A stretch of DNA of 64,000 nt from Candidatus Poribacteria bacterium (lineage in GTDB: Bacteria; Poribacteria; WGA-4E; WGA-3G): the NCBI GenBank assembly GCA_965242965.1, contig OZ251518.1, positions 4,320,001 to 4,384,000 on the forward strand, read 5' to 3'. Within the stretch, counting starts at the first letter, position 1; the number at the start of each line of letters is the position of its first letter. The translations under genes were made by a program, and so were the position numbers. Under the pieces are notes generated by a model. It saw nothing but the letters and a program-made list of their open reading frames with translations. It was not told the origin of the DNA and did no database searches. Positions 1-9,446 of the stretch are shown piece after piece.

Positions 1-1097
1 TCTGGTCCTTGTTCATCGTCGCGATTCTGTTGTTGCTAGCGTTCCCTGTGCTTTCCTCCGCGCTGGCACTGCTCATCTTTGATAGGCTTGCCGGAACAAC
101 GTTCTTCACGGCGACAGCGGAAGGTGGCGGAGACCCGTTGCTCTGGCAGCATCTGTTCTGGTTCTTCGGGCACCCCGAGGTCTACATCCTCATTTTACCG
201 GGGATGGGCATCGCTTCCGAATTGATTCCCGTGTTCTCACGGAAACCGATTTTCGGATACCGCTCTATGGTATACGCCATGATTGCGATTGCGTTTTTAG
301 GGTGGATTGTTTGGGGACACCACATGTTCCAGAGCGGCATGCAACCGGTTTTGGGTTCCGCGTTTATGACGACAACGATGCTCATCGCCGTGCCATCGGC
401 GATTAAGACGTTTAACTGGCTCGGCACGATGTATAAAGGTTCAATCCAATTTACGTCGCCGATGCTTCACTCCATCGCCTTTGTCTCAATGTTTGTGATT
501 GGTGGGCTGAGCGGCATCTATATGGCGAACACACCGGTGGACATTTTCATTCACGATACCTACTACATCGTCGCGCATATCCACTACGTCGTCTTCGGCG
601 GAAGTCTGTTCGCTATATTCGGTGGTATCATCTTTTGGTTCCCGAAGATGTATGGCCGCTATATGAACGACATGCTGAACAAAATCCATTTTTGGCTGAC
701 CTTCGTGGCGTTCAACTGCACCTTCTTCCCGATGCACATTCTGGGTGTCGGCGGGCACATGCGGCGTATCTCCAACCCGATGCAGTATGAATTCCTGCAA
801 GGGTTTGAAGGGATGAACATCTTTATCACGATGAGCGCGTTCACGCTGGGCGCGGCGCAGCTCATTTTGGTGTTCAACTTTTTCTGGAGCATCTCGCGCG
901 GCAAAGTTGCAGAGCAGAATCCGTGGCATGTTAACACGCTGGAATGGGAGGCACCCACACCGGTGCCGCACGGCAATTTCGTTGGGCCAGTCCCGACGGT
1001 TTACCGCGGTCCCTATGAATACAGCGTGCCGGGCGAAGAATCGGATTGGATTCCGCAAGCGCAACCCGAACATGCACCTGCAACAGGTGGCGATTAA
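1..1097 (+). CDS. ctaD: Cytochrome c oxidase subunit I, A1-type (5'-truncated by window edge)
   Basis: WFFGHPEVY (CuB His/Tyr, A1 Glu), WGHHMF and AHIHY heme ligands, multiple TM helices. Confidence 0.97.
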   Translation, partial: WSLFIVAILLLLAFPVLSSALALLIFDRLAGTTFFTATAEGGGDPLLWQHLFWFFGHPEVYILILPGMGIASELIPVFSRKPIFGYRSMVYAMIAIAFLGWIVWGHHMFQSGMQPVLGSAFMTTTMLIAVPSAIKTFNWLGTMYKGSIQFTSPMLHSIAFVSMFVIGGLSGIYMANTPVDIFIHDTYYIVAHIHYVVFGGSLFAIFGGIIFWFPKMYGRYMNDMLNKIHFWLTFVAFNCTFFPMHILGVGGHMRRISNPMQYEFLQGFEGMNIFITMSAFTLGAAQLILVFNFFWSISRGKVAEQNPWHVNTLEWEAPTPVPHGNFVGPVPTVYRGPYEYSVPGEESDWIPQAQPEHAPATGGD

Positions 1098-1149
1098 AGG
1101 TTTTTGTAAGGGTGGATTTCTATATCCACCCGCACTCTAGAGCATCTCC

Positions 1150-2100
1150 ATGAGAACGCACGAGCAGACATCAGAAAATCCTTATAGTCCGTGGCTGCAT
1201 CGGTTCGCACGCCTCGCGGTGGGCGCAACCTTCCTGCTGATTGTCATCGGCGGCATTGTCACTAGCACCGAATCCGGTCTGGCTGTCCCCGATTGGCCGA
1301 CGACGTTCGGATACAACATGTTCCTGTATCCGTTGTCGGAGATGGTAGGCGGCGTGCTTTATGAGCATAGCCACCGGCTCATGGGTTCGCTAGTTGGGCT
1401 GCTGACGGTAGGGCTCTTCATCATGGTAGTGGTGAAAGATTCGCGCACGTGGCTCCGATGGCTCGGTTTCATCGCCTTAATCGGCGTGATTGTGCAAGGA
1501 GTCCTCGGCGGGCTTCGGGTGACGCAGCTCTCGCTTTTCCTTGCGATGGTGCATGCCTGTCTTGCGCAAGCGTTTTTCGCATTGCTGTGTGGAATTGCGT
1601 GGTGGACATCCCGCGAAGCGCGCTTGGAAATCGCGCCTACCGGGGAGCAAAATGGCGAGGGACGTAAGTTACGGCGGTTAAGCCTGATAACGACATGCCT
1701 GATTTACGTTCAACTGATTTTTGGCGCGATTTTGCGACACACCGGGAATCGATTGGATGCGCACCTGCTGTTCGCCTTTTTGGTAACACTCCATATCTTC
1801 CTTTTGGCAAGGCGGATGTGGCAAGCAGAGACTGCAACGCCTCTCAAAAGCGAACCTACCGTATTAGTGGGCCTCTTGGCTGTCCAACTCATGCTCGGCA
1901 CCGGGGCGTTTCTTGTGAAACTCACCGCGCTCGGCGAAACGGTGTCCACATGGCTCACGGTAGCGATAACTACCGGGCATGTGGCAGTCGGCGCGCTGAT
2001 GCTGGTTACCAGTTTCGTGTTAACCTTGAAGATTTACCGGCACACAGCCGTGCCAACGACTGAGGCCTCCGCTACGCCGGCCCATGGAGAACTCGTTTGA
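1150..2100 (+). CDS. ctaA: Heme A synthase (COX15/CtaA)
   Basis: GGIVT..SGLAVPDWP, YEHSHRL, QGVLGGLRV, conserved His residues; lies in oxidase cluster. Confidence 0.9.
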   Translation: MRTHEQTSENPYSPWLHRFARLAVGATFLLIVIGGIVTSTESGLAVPDWPTTFGYNMFLYPLSEMVGGVLYEHSHRLMGSLVGLLTVGLFIMVVVKDSRTWLRWLGFIALIGVIVQGVLGGLRVTQLSLFLAMVHACLAQAFFALLCGIAWWTSREARLEIAPTGEQNGEGRKLRRLSLITTCLIYVQLIFGAILRHTGNRLDAHLLFAFLVTLHIFLLARRMWQAETATPLKSEPTVLVGLLAVQLMLGTGAFLVKLTALGETVSTWLTVAITTGHVAVGALMLVTSFVLTLKIYRHTAVPTTEASATPAHGELV

Positions 2101-2129
2101 GAAAGCGGCCGCAAAACGGAAGAACCATT

Positions 2130-3047
2130 ATGCGCACCACACCAGCGGATTTAGCAAATCAGGTAGACGAACCTGCGCGCAGCACGCTCGCATTGAGTCG
2201 CGCTGCGGATTTCATTGCGTTCGTCAAACCGCGGTTAGTCCTGATGATACTCATCACAACCGCGGCAGGCTTCTATATCGGTTCGCAACAGGCAGTCAAT
2301 TGGCTGCGATGCTTGCATACCCTCATCGGTGCGGGTTTGACTGCCGCCGGTGTGCTAGGGTTGAACCAATATCTTGAGCGCGATATTGACGCGCAGATGA
2401 AGCGGACACAGGACAGACCGCTTCCAGGGGGTAGGATGCTCCCGCTGGTAGCACTGCTTTTCGGTGTGATGCTCACCGGCGGTGGGATGCTCTACCTTAC
2501 CTTCATCGTGAATCCGCTGAGCGGGTTAGTCATTTCGCTCATTGTGGCGAGTTATCTGTTTCTCTACACACCGCTCAAACGGAAAACATCGCTCTGCACG
2601 CTTATCGGTGCGGTGCCGGGGGCATTGCCGCCTGTCGTCGGTTGGGCGGCGGCCCGCGGGACGGTAACGGCGGAAGCATGGGTGCTGTTCGCGATTCTCT
2701 TTTTGTGGCAGCTCCCGCACTCGCTGGCGATTGCCTACATCTACCGCGATGACTATGCAAAGGCGGGACTTCGGTTACTGCCTGTCATCCACCCTGATGG
2801 AGCAAGCACACGGCGGCAGATTGTCATTAACTGCGTCGCGCTGCTTGCGATAGGGTTGCTACCCGCGCTGCTCAGCATCGCCGGCGGAATCTATTTCTTG
2901 ATAGCACTGCTGTCGGGGTTAGCGTTTCTCGCGTTCGGCATCTATTTAGGCGTTGCGCGTTCGGTGCAAGCGGCACGGTATCTGTTATACGCGTCGCTGC
3001 TCTATCTGCCGATAATCTTCATCACGATGGCACTAGATAAGGTTTAA
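2130..3047 (+). CDS. ctaB: Protoheme IX farnesyltransferase (heme O synthase); start may be 2097
   Basis: KPR, NQYLERDIDAQMKRTQDRPLP, YTPLKR, GAVPGALPPVVGW, FLWQLPH, YRDDY. Confidence 0.95.
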   Translation: MRTTPADLANQVDEPARSTLALSRAADFIAFVKPRLVLMILITTAAGFYIGSQQAVNWLRCLHTLIGAGLTAAGVLGLNQYLERDIDAQMKRTQDRPLPGGRMLPLVALLFGVMLTGGGMLYLTFIVNPLSGLVISLIVASYLFLYTPLKRKTSLCTLIGAVPGALPPVVGWAAARGTVTAEAWVLFAILFLWQLPHSLAIAYIYRDDYAKAGLRLLPVIHPDGASTRRQIVINCVALLAIGLLPALLSIAGGIYFLIALLSGLAFLAFGIYLGVARSVQAARYLLYASLLYLPIIFITMALDKV

Positions 3048-3048
3048 C

Positions 3049-3159
3049 ATGAATACGCCAGACAATCGCACCCGAAATCGCCGCCTCGGCATCACGCTGT
3101 TTTTAGTGTTCGTAGTGCTGGTTATCGTCGCAACTGTGGCGATTATCCGCGGCGGCTGA
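3049..3159 (+). CDS. 36-aa single-TM small protein of the oxidase cluster (not in ORF track)
   Basis: MNTPDNRTRNRRLGITLFLVFVVLVIVATVAIIRGG*; fills the gap between ctaB stop and the RBS of the next gene. Confidence 0.65.
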   Translation: MNTPDNRTRNRRLGITLFLVFVVLVIVATVAIIRGG

Positions 3160-3170
3160 GGAGAAACCTG

Positions 3171-3761
3171 ATGTTACGTGATACGCCGGTAGAAGGAAAT
3201 TCTCGTCTGATGAGCAACGCGCGGTTAGGCATTCTAGTCCTACTCGGCGCGGAGATGATGCTGTTTTCGGGGCTTATCGGCGCGTTTCTCGTCTTTCGGA
3301 TGGGGAACATCACCTGGCCGCCGCCATCGCATATTGATATTCAGTTACCCCGCGCGGTGACTGGCATCAATACCGCGTTCTTGCTGCTGAGCGGCTGGAC
3401 GATGTTTCAGGCTCTCCGCGCAATTCAGAAGGACCAGGGGAAGCAACTCCGCAATTGGCTGCTGGTTACCGGCGCGTTAGGATTACTTTTCCTCGGCATC
3501 CAAGGAAGCGAATGGGCACAACTGATTCGCAGCGGCATGACGCTTCAGTCAGGTATCTACGGCGGCATCTTTTATGTGCTAATCGGGTGCCACGCTGTGC
3601 ATGTGGCGGGTGCAGTAATATGGCTGCTCATCGTGCTTGGAATGGCAGTGTCAGGGAGGTTTTCCGCGTCGCATCACGTCGGCGTTGAAACCTGCACTAT
3701 CTATTGGATTTTCGTCGTCGCGCTCTGGCCGATTCTTTACTTCTTGGTGTATCTCGCCTAA
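3171..3761 (+). CDS. ctaE: Cytochrome c oxidase subunit III family protein (copy 1)
   Basis: LGAEMMLF, INTAFLLLSG, FLGIQGSEW, GCHAVHV, YWIFV. Confidence 0.9.
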   Translation: MLRDTPVEGNSRLMSNARLGILVLLGAEMMLFSGLIGAFLVFRMGNITWPPPSHIDIQLPRAVTGINTAFLLLSGWTMFQALRAIQKDQGKQLRNWLLVTGALGLLFLGIQGSEWAQLIRSGMTLQSGIYGGIFYVLIGCHAVHVAGAVIWLLIVLGMAVSGRFSASHHVGVETCTIYWIFVVALWPILYFLVYLA

Positions 3762-3778
3762 GGCGATGGGAGGCTTTT

Positions 3779-4012
3779 ATGCGATTCGTTTTTTGGGGAG
3801 TTGTCCTGATGCTCGTCGTGCTGATTGTGCCGACGTGTCTTGAGGCATGTCCCGCCTGCAAAGACTTGAAGGAGCCCATCGGAAGAGGTTTTAATTCCAG
3901 TATCTTCTTCATGATGGCAATGCCGTTTACCGTTGTCGCGCTCATCGGCGGGAGTGTTTTCTATCATTACCGGCGTGCAAGCAAAAATCGGGATAAAACG
4001 GGCACGCCTTAG
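3779..4012 (+). CDS. Small membrane protein with ACPAC motif after a signal-like segment
   Basis: GGGAGG RBS before ATG 3779; hydrophobic N-terminus, CPAC, C-terminal TM helix. Confidence 0.7.
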   Translation: MRFVFWGVVLMLVVLIVPTCLEACPACKDLKEPIGRGFNSSIFFMMAMPFTVVALIGGSVFYHYRRASKNRDKTGTP

Positions 4013-4160
4013 CCTCCGCGCGGCTGCTAGGGAAATCGAGACCAGGAGGTCTCTCCTACCGGGGAGAGGGGAGAAACCGAATCGTCCTGCGCTGGATTGA
4101 ATAGGTTGGATTTGAAATCCGATATGTGTTAAAATATAAACATGAAAGGAGTTAAATCGA

Positions 4161-4811
4161 GTGGAACACGCTACCACGTTAGAACATACTGAAGACGTAT
4201 ATGAACCGTCGCTTACGCCGGATAGCCTCGGCAAACTCGGCATGTGGATATTCCTCGTCGGGGATACCATGTCGTTCGGGGCATTGCTAGCGGCGTATGC
4301 GGCCGTCCGCGCCGGTGCCGGCGCGATAGGCTGGGTACCGCCGACCGAGATCCTCGGTATCAACCTCACCGCGTTTATGACGTTTCTGCTGATTTGTAGT
4401 AGCGTCACCATGGTGAAGGCGTTGGAAGCCATTCAGAACGGTAACGTTTCCAGAATGTGCACCTTCCTCGGCCTCACGATTGCAGGCGGCGTTATCTTCC
4501 TCGGCCTGCAGGTGTATGAATGGAACGCGCTTATCAAACACGGGTTGACGTTAACCGAAATCCCGCATCACGGGTTATCGGGAGCGGCCATTAGCGGTTC
4601 AACGCTTTTCGGGCCCGCCTTCTATACCATCACGGGGTTTCACGGGTTGCATGTCACCGGCGGTGTCATCTACCTCATCGTTATCCTCATCCACGGGTTG
4701 CGGGGACGGTATACCGCCGAGTTTAACCATGAAGTGGAAATCGTCGGGCTCTATTGGCACTTCGTCGATCTGATTTGGATTATGGTTTTCACCTTTATCT
4801 ATTTGTTGTAG
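4161..4811 (+). CDS. Cytochrome c oxidase subunit III family protein (copy 2)
   Basis: KLGMWIFL, TFLLICSS, ITGFHGLHV, GLYWHFVDLIW; AAGGAG RBS, GTG start. Confidence 0.92.
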   Translation: MEHATTLEHTEDVYEPSLTPDSLGKLGMWIFLVGDTMSFGALLAAYAAVRAGAGAIGWVPPTEILGINLTAFMTFLLICSSVTMVKALEAIQNGNVSRMCTFLGLTIAGGVIFLGLQVYEWNALIKHGLTLTEIPHHGLSGAAISGSTLFGPAFYTITGFHGLHVTGGVIYLIVILIHGLRGRYTAEFNHEVEIVGLYWHFVDLIWIMVFTFIYLL

Positions 4812-4892
4812 GCATCGAGACCGGGAGGTCTCTCCTACCACGGGTATCAAGACCGGGAGGACCTGCCTACCCGATTTAGGAGGACATACATC

Positions 4893-5237
4893 ATGGCAGA
4901 AACGCATCACAAAGAGCACCCGAAATACATGAACATTTTCTGGTGGCTCCTCGGACTCACCATCGTTGAGGTTGTTGTGGCGATACCTGAATACTCCACG
5001 CTGCTCAAAGGCATCTTGCTCATCGGGCTAGCATGCGGCAAGGCGATTTTGGTTGCCAACTATTTCATGCACCTGAAGTTTGAGCGGAAGACGCTGGCAC
5101 TCATCGTCATAACGCCGTTCCTTATCTGCGTTTTTCTCGTTTTCATGCTGATGCCAGACCTGACAGCGGAAAAACGACTTGAGAAATTCGCGCCGCAAAG
5201 TGGGGCAGCGACGAAAGTTATCGATACGTCCCATTAA
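4893..5237 (+). CDS. Cytochrome c oxidase subunit IV family protein
   Basis: LTIVEV, KAILVANYFMHLKFE, three TM helices. Confidence 0.9.
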   Translation: MAETHHKEHPKYMNIFWWLLGLTIVEVVVAIPEYSTLLKGILLIGLACGKAILVANYFMHLKFERKTLALIVITPFLICVFLVFMLMPDLTAEKRLEKFAPQSGAATKVIDTSH

Positions 5238-5295
5238 CGAATAACGAATCCGGTAGGCGCGCTACGAAAGCGCGCCTAGAACGGAGAAAAAAGAG

Positions 5296-5943
5296 ATGAG
5301 TTTACCTAACGAAGGCGAACATCGGAAACTTGATAAAAGCACGCTGTTGTGGGTGCTGTTAGGCGTTGTCATTGTCGGCATCGCGGGCATCAATTTATGG
5401 GCGATGTTTGACAAGCGTTCGGCGGCGATGCCTAAAACGGATGCGGATGAGCATCACCCTTTACCGCTGCAGTTACCTGACTTCGCCTTGACGAATCAGC
5501 AGGGGCAGCCGTTTGGACTGGCAGACCTCGGGGGCAAAATCTGGGTGGCGGATTTCATCTTTACGCACTGCCCGACAATTTGCCCGACAATGACGCTGGA
5601 GATGGCGCGCTTGCAATCCGATTTTGTAGAGAAACCGGTTTACTTCGTCTCATTCTCCGTAGATGCGGAACGCGATACGCCAGAAGTGCTCTCCCGTTAT
5701 GCCGCGCAATACGGTGCAGACGAGAGACGCTGGCACTTCCTCACCGGCGAAAAGGAACGCATCCATCAATTGGCAAAAGAGGGGTTCAGTTTGGCTGCCG
5801 GGCATAGCGGAAGTGACATTTTACATAGCCCACGGTTTGTTCTCGTCACACCGGACGGTGAACTTTACGGCCGCTACGATAGTCGGAGCAAACCCGCGTT
5901 GTTGCGCCTCCGCAGAGACATCAACGCGCTTCTGAGTGAGTGA
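5296..5943 (+). CDS. SCO1/SenC copper chaperone
   Basis: FIFTHCPTICP (CxxxC), SVDAERDTPE, HSPRFVLV; N-terminal TM anchor. Confidence 0.93.
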   Translation: MSLPNEGEHRKLDKSTLLWVLLGVVIVGIAGINLWAMFDKRSAAMPKTDADEHHPLPLQLPDFALTNQQGQPFGLADLGGKIWVADFIFTHCPTICPTMTLEMARLQSDFVEKPVYFVSFSVDAERDTPEVLSRYAAQYGADERRWHFLTGEKERIHQLAKEGFSLAAGHSGSDILHSPRFVLVTPDGELYGRYDSRSKPALLRLRRDINALLSE

Positions 5944-5952
5944 TACCAAATT

Positions 5953-6300
5953 GTGTCAAATCGTCTTGCGTCTGTAGGTTGGTGTGAGATGCTAACTAAC
6001 GTTCCGAATCTGCTGATTTCCGTTGCGATTTTTCTGATTCACTTCCCGTTCGGTTTCTATCGCGTCCGATACAAAAAATTCAGTCGCCCGTGGAGCCGGT
6101 GCCTCTACATTCCGATTGTGCTGAATATCGTCATGCGGCGATTTGTTCTCAATTGGGAGTGGAGCACCGCGATGATTTACCTCTGGCCTGCAACGCTGTT
6201 GGCGCATCTCCTCAGTGGATGTTGGGGTTCGCTGCGCAATCGGCCGCATACTGAACACAAAGAGACCAAAAATGCTAAAGAAAATTTACGTTCCCGTTGA
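5953..6300 (+). CDS. Small hypothetical membrane protein (start may be 5989)
   Basis: Three hydrophobic segments, PFGFYR..KFSRPW; same strand as and overlapping the next gene. Confidence 0.6.
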   Translation: MSNRLASVGWCEMLTNVPNLLISVAIFLIHFPFGFYRVRYKKFSRPWSRCLYIPIVLNIVMRRFVLNWEWSTAMIYLWPATLLAHLLSGCWGSLRNRPHTEHKETKNAKENLRSR

Positions 6301-8206
6301 TAATTCGGACTACTCCGATGCGAGTATCGCCTTGGCGGTAGAATTCGCGAAGAAGTTCGGTTCACATCTGATAGGTTCGCACGTTTACGCCGCGAAAATG
6401 CATGACGTGCGCTTTAAACAGATGGAATACACGCTGCCGGAGGAGTATCAGGACGAGGTAGAACTCGAAAAGCAGCGCCGCATCCATGATACCCTCATCA
6501 CGATGGGGTTGCAACTCATTTCGGATTCCTACCTCGAGGTGATGAAGCAGAAGTGCGCTGAGTGTGACATCACGTTTGAAGCGAAAATGCCAGAGGGCAA
6601 ACACTTCATCAAATTGGTGGAGGACATTCAGGACAGCGACTACGATATGGTGGTTATGGGCGCGCTCGGCATGGGCGCAGTCAAGGATAGCCTCATCGGT
6701 GGTGTTTGTGAGCGCGTCGTCCGGCGCATCACTACCGATACGTTTGTCGTCCGAAACCTTGAACCCTTTGAAGAACAAAACGGCAATATCCTCGTCGGGA
6801 TTGACGGGAGCCCCGAATCTTTTGCAGGGTTGAAAACCGCGCTCCGCATCGGACAGGCGTTTAACAAACCGGTCGAGGCTGTCGGTGTCTACGATCCGTA
6901 TTTGCACTACATCGTCTTCAACTCCGTTGTAAATGTGCTGACAGAGCGCGCCGCGCGCACCTTCCGGTTTAAAGAGCAGGAACAACTTCACGAAGAGGTA
7001 ATTGATACCGGGCTGGCGAAAATCTATCAATCGCACCTCGATGTCTCCCGCGCGATTGCCAAAGATGAGCACGACTACACGCTGAAAATTACATTGCTTG
7101 ATGGCAAAGCTTACGAAAAGATTCTGCAATATGTCCGCAAAACAGAACCGTGGCTCCTCGTCTTAGGCCGTGTCGGTGTTCATAGTGAGCAAGATATGGA
7201 CATCGGTAGCAATGCCGAGAACCTGCTGCGCCTCGCGCCGTGCAACGTTTTGTTATCCAGTCAACGTTATTTCCCGCAGATTGACGTGAAGGCGGAGGAG
7301 ACGCTCGTCTGGACACAAGAGGCATCGGATCGAATGGCGAAGGCACCGCCGCTGGTGCGGGGCATCGCGAAAACGGCAGTGCATCGGTTCGCGATTGAGC
7401 GCGGGCATTCCGTGATTACGGAAAGCGTCATTGACAAGGCGATGGAGGCGATTATGCCGAATCGTTCCTCCGAAAAGTTGACGCGCGTCGCCAAGGATTT
7501 GGCGGAGCAGAAACTCTTGGAATCGGAGGCAGTGAAAACCTACATCTGTGGCGAATGCGGCTATGCAGCGCATGAGCAGGAGCCTATCCAATGTCCGGTG
7601 TGTAGTTCGGCTTCGGAACGTTTTCAGATGGTGGACAAGAGTTCGCTGGAGCACATCGCCGTTGATGAAGGCGGTGCGGCGGAAGAGGAGACGTTTGATG
7701 GCATCCGCCTCAAATGGACAGAACAAGCGAAGAAGGCTTTGCGGCGCGTCCCACGTGGCTATATGCGCAGGAACGTCAAAGCGCGTATTGAGAAATCGGC
7801 GCGTTCGCAGAAAATCGGCACTATCACGAACGCGTTCGCGATGCAAATTATTGAGGATAGCATGGGCGAAGCGGCCGCTGTCCGTGAAGACGCGCCTGAA
7901 CTCCGAGCCGTTGGCGCGTCCACACGCGCACAACCTCAGTCCGAAGCACCTTTGGATAACTTTGAGAGTTCTGTCCAATGGACAGAAGACGCTGTGAAGC
8001 GGCTCAACCTAGTCCCTGCCGGTTTTATGCGGAATATCACGCAGACGCGCATTGAGCAGCGCGCGCAAGAAATCGGCATTGAGGAAGTCACGCTTGACTT
8101 CGCCGCCCGTGTCATTGAAGATGGCAGAAGCCTTGCCAATGAAGTGCTTGGACAGTACTATCAAGGCAGCTCAGATGAAGGGCAGCAAAACGGCGCGTCC
8201 TCTTAA
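6272..8206 (+). CDS. Tandem universal stress protein domains + rubredoxin-like module + three PCP_red-like domains
   Basis: KKIYVPVDNS, MGALGMG..LIGGVCERV, ILVGIDGS, IGSNAENL (USP x2); YICGECGY..CPVC; three WT.eA..rl...P....R....riE..A helical repeats. Confidence 0.85.
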   Translation: MLKKIYVPVDNSDYSDASIALAVEFAKKFGSHLIGSHVYAAKMHDVRFKQMEYTLPEEYQDEVELEKQRRIHDTLITMGLQLISDSYLEVMKQKCAECDITFEAKMPEGKHFIKLVEDIQDSDYDMVVMGALGMGAVKDSLIGGVCERVVRRITTDTFVVRNLEPFEEQNGNILVGIDGSPESFAGLKTALRIGQAFNKPVEAVGVYDPYLHYIVFNSVVNVLTERAARTFRFKEQEQLHEEVIDTGLAKIYQSHLDVSRAIAKDEHDYTLKITLLDGKAYEKILQYVRKTEPWLLVLGRVGVHSEQDMDIGSNAENLLRLAPCNVLLSSQRYFPQIDVKAEETLVWTQEASDRMAKAPPLVRGIAKTAVHRFAIERGHSVITESVIDKAMEAIMPNRSSEKLTRVAKDLAEQKLLESEAVKTYICGECGYAAHEQEPIQCPVCSSASERFQMVDKSSLEHIAVDEGGAAEEETFDGIRLKWTEQAKKALRRVPRGYMRRNVKARIEKSARSQKIGTITNAFAMQIIEDSMGEAAAVREDAPELRAVGASTRAQPQSEAPLDNFESSVQWTEDAVKRLNLVPAGFMRNITQTRIEQRAQEIGIEEVTLDFAARVIEDGRSLANEVLGQYYQGSSDEGQQNGASS

Positions 8207-8220
8207 ACAGGATTAGTCGT

Positions 8221-8249
8221 TTGACGAGAAATCAAGAATTTGGTATGCT
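8221..8249 (+). promoter_or_regulatory. Sigma70-like promoter
   Basis: TTGACG-17 bp-TATGCT with TG extension. Confidence 0.55.
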
Positions 8250-8304
8250 ATTCACGAAGAACCTTGAGTTTAGCGGAAAACCCTCTAACTCTTAGGAGAT
8301 ATTT

Positions 8305-8781
8305 GTGGAACAACCTCACAACACTCCGCGCGACGACGAGCACAAAGACGAAGAATATGTCGCCTTTCCTGGCGGGATTCCAAAGAAGTGGCTCGGTCCT
8401 GCAATGACGCTTCTTTGCGGTGTCGCTGTCGTTTATGTGCCTTGGGCTGTTTGGCAAACGATACGTGTCGGTATCGCTGCTGGCACCCCTGGTGTTCATA
8501 TTGCGAGAGATGTATTTCAGCATCTTGTGTTTTTTGCTGCGGGCATGTCTTTTCTGATTGTCGTCTGTGCGAAGATTTTGGAGCGAGTGATCATGTATTA
8601 CTTACAAGCGAAGAAGCGCATTGATGATGCGGAACGACGCACTGAACAGGAACGCCAACTCCGCTTGCAGCTTGAACAGCAGCTGCAAATTGAACGCCAA
8701 CGCGCCGAGGCAGCTGAACAACGCGCCGAGGCCGCCGAACAACGCGCCGAGGCCGCCGAAAACAAGAAACCTCATGCGTGA
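8305..8781 (+). CDS. Hypothetical two-TM protein with coiled-coil tail (QRAEAAE repeats)
   Basis: AGGAG RBS, GTG start, two hydrophobic helices, heptad repeats. Confidence 0.75.
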   Translation: MEQPHNTPRDDEHKDEEYVAFPGGIPKKWLGPAMTLLCGVAVVYVPWAVWQTIRVGIAAGTPGVHIARDVFQHLVFFAAGMSFLIVVCAKILERVIMYYLQAKKRIDDAERRTEQERQLRLQLEQQLQIERQRAEAAEQRAEAAEQRAEAAENKKPHA

Positions 8782-9368
8782 AAATAAACGGCTAGCCGAC
8801 GCATTGGCTGCCACCGGGGCGGTGTCTACTGCGTTCAGACGGTTCACTCAACTCTTTCGTTTGCAAAATAGGGAATCGTCCAGACCGGGGGAATTCGCCT
8901 ATCCCTCATGTGGTTTCCTTGAATTGATACGAAACATGCATAAAATTGTCGTCTGTGCGAAGATTTTGGAGCGAGCGATAATGTATTACTTACAAGCGAA
9001 GAAACGCATTGATGATGCGGAACGACGCACTGAACAGGAACGCCAACTCCGCTTGCAGCTTGAACAGCAGCTGCAAATTGAACGCCAACGCGCCGAAGAA
9101 GCCGAACAACGCGTTGAACAGGAACACCAACTCCGTTTGCAGCTTGAACAGCAGGTGCAAACTGAACGTCAACGCGCTGAGGCCGCCGAAAATGGGAAAC
9201 CTCATGCTGGAAAATAAACGGCTAGCCGACGCATTCGCTTAGGCCGCCACCGGGGCGGTGTCTACTGCGTTCAGACGGTTCACTTGACCCTTTCGTTTGC
9301 AGAATGAGGAATCATCCAGACCGGGGGAATCCGCCTGTTCCTTGAATTGACACGAAACATGGATAAAA
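8557..9368 (+). repeat. Imperfect tandem duplication, about 390-420 bp unit (8557-8945 and 8945-9368)
   Basis: Both units run from ATTGTCGTCTGTGCGAAGATTTTGGAGCGAG to GAATTGA(T/C)ACGAAACATG(C/G)ATAAAA. Confidence 0.92.
8936..9217 (+). pseudogene. 5'-truncated duplicate of the coiled-coil half of 8305..8781
   Basis: IVVCAKILER..MYYLQAKKRIDDAERRTEQERQLRLQ nearly identical to upstream gene; TM region missing. Confidence 0.6.
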
Positions 9369-9446
9369 CGGAGTTCCCCTCTGTAGTTTGCGCTCGCCTG
9401 AGCGCACGAGAATTGACACGAAACATGCTTAAAACGGAGTGGCATC

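Noticed and set aside
8557-9368. Possible DGR template/variable repeat pair (also considered for the Uma2 triplet)
   Set aside because: Differences are not adenine-specific, include indels, and no reverse transcriptase is present
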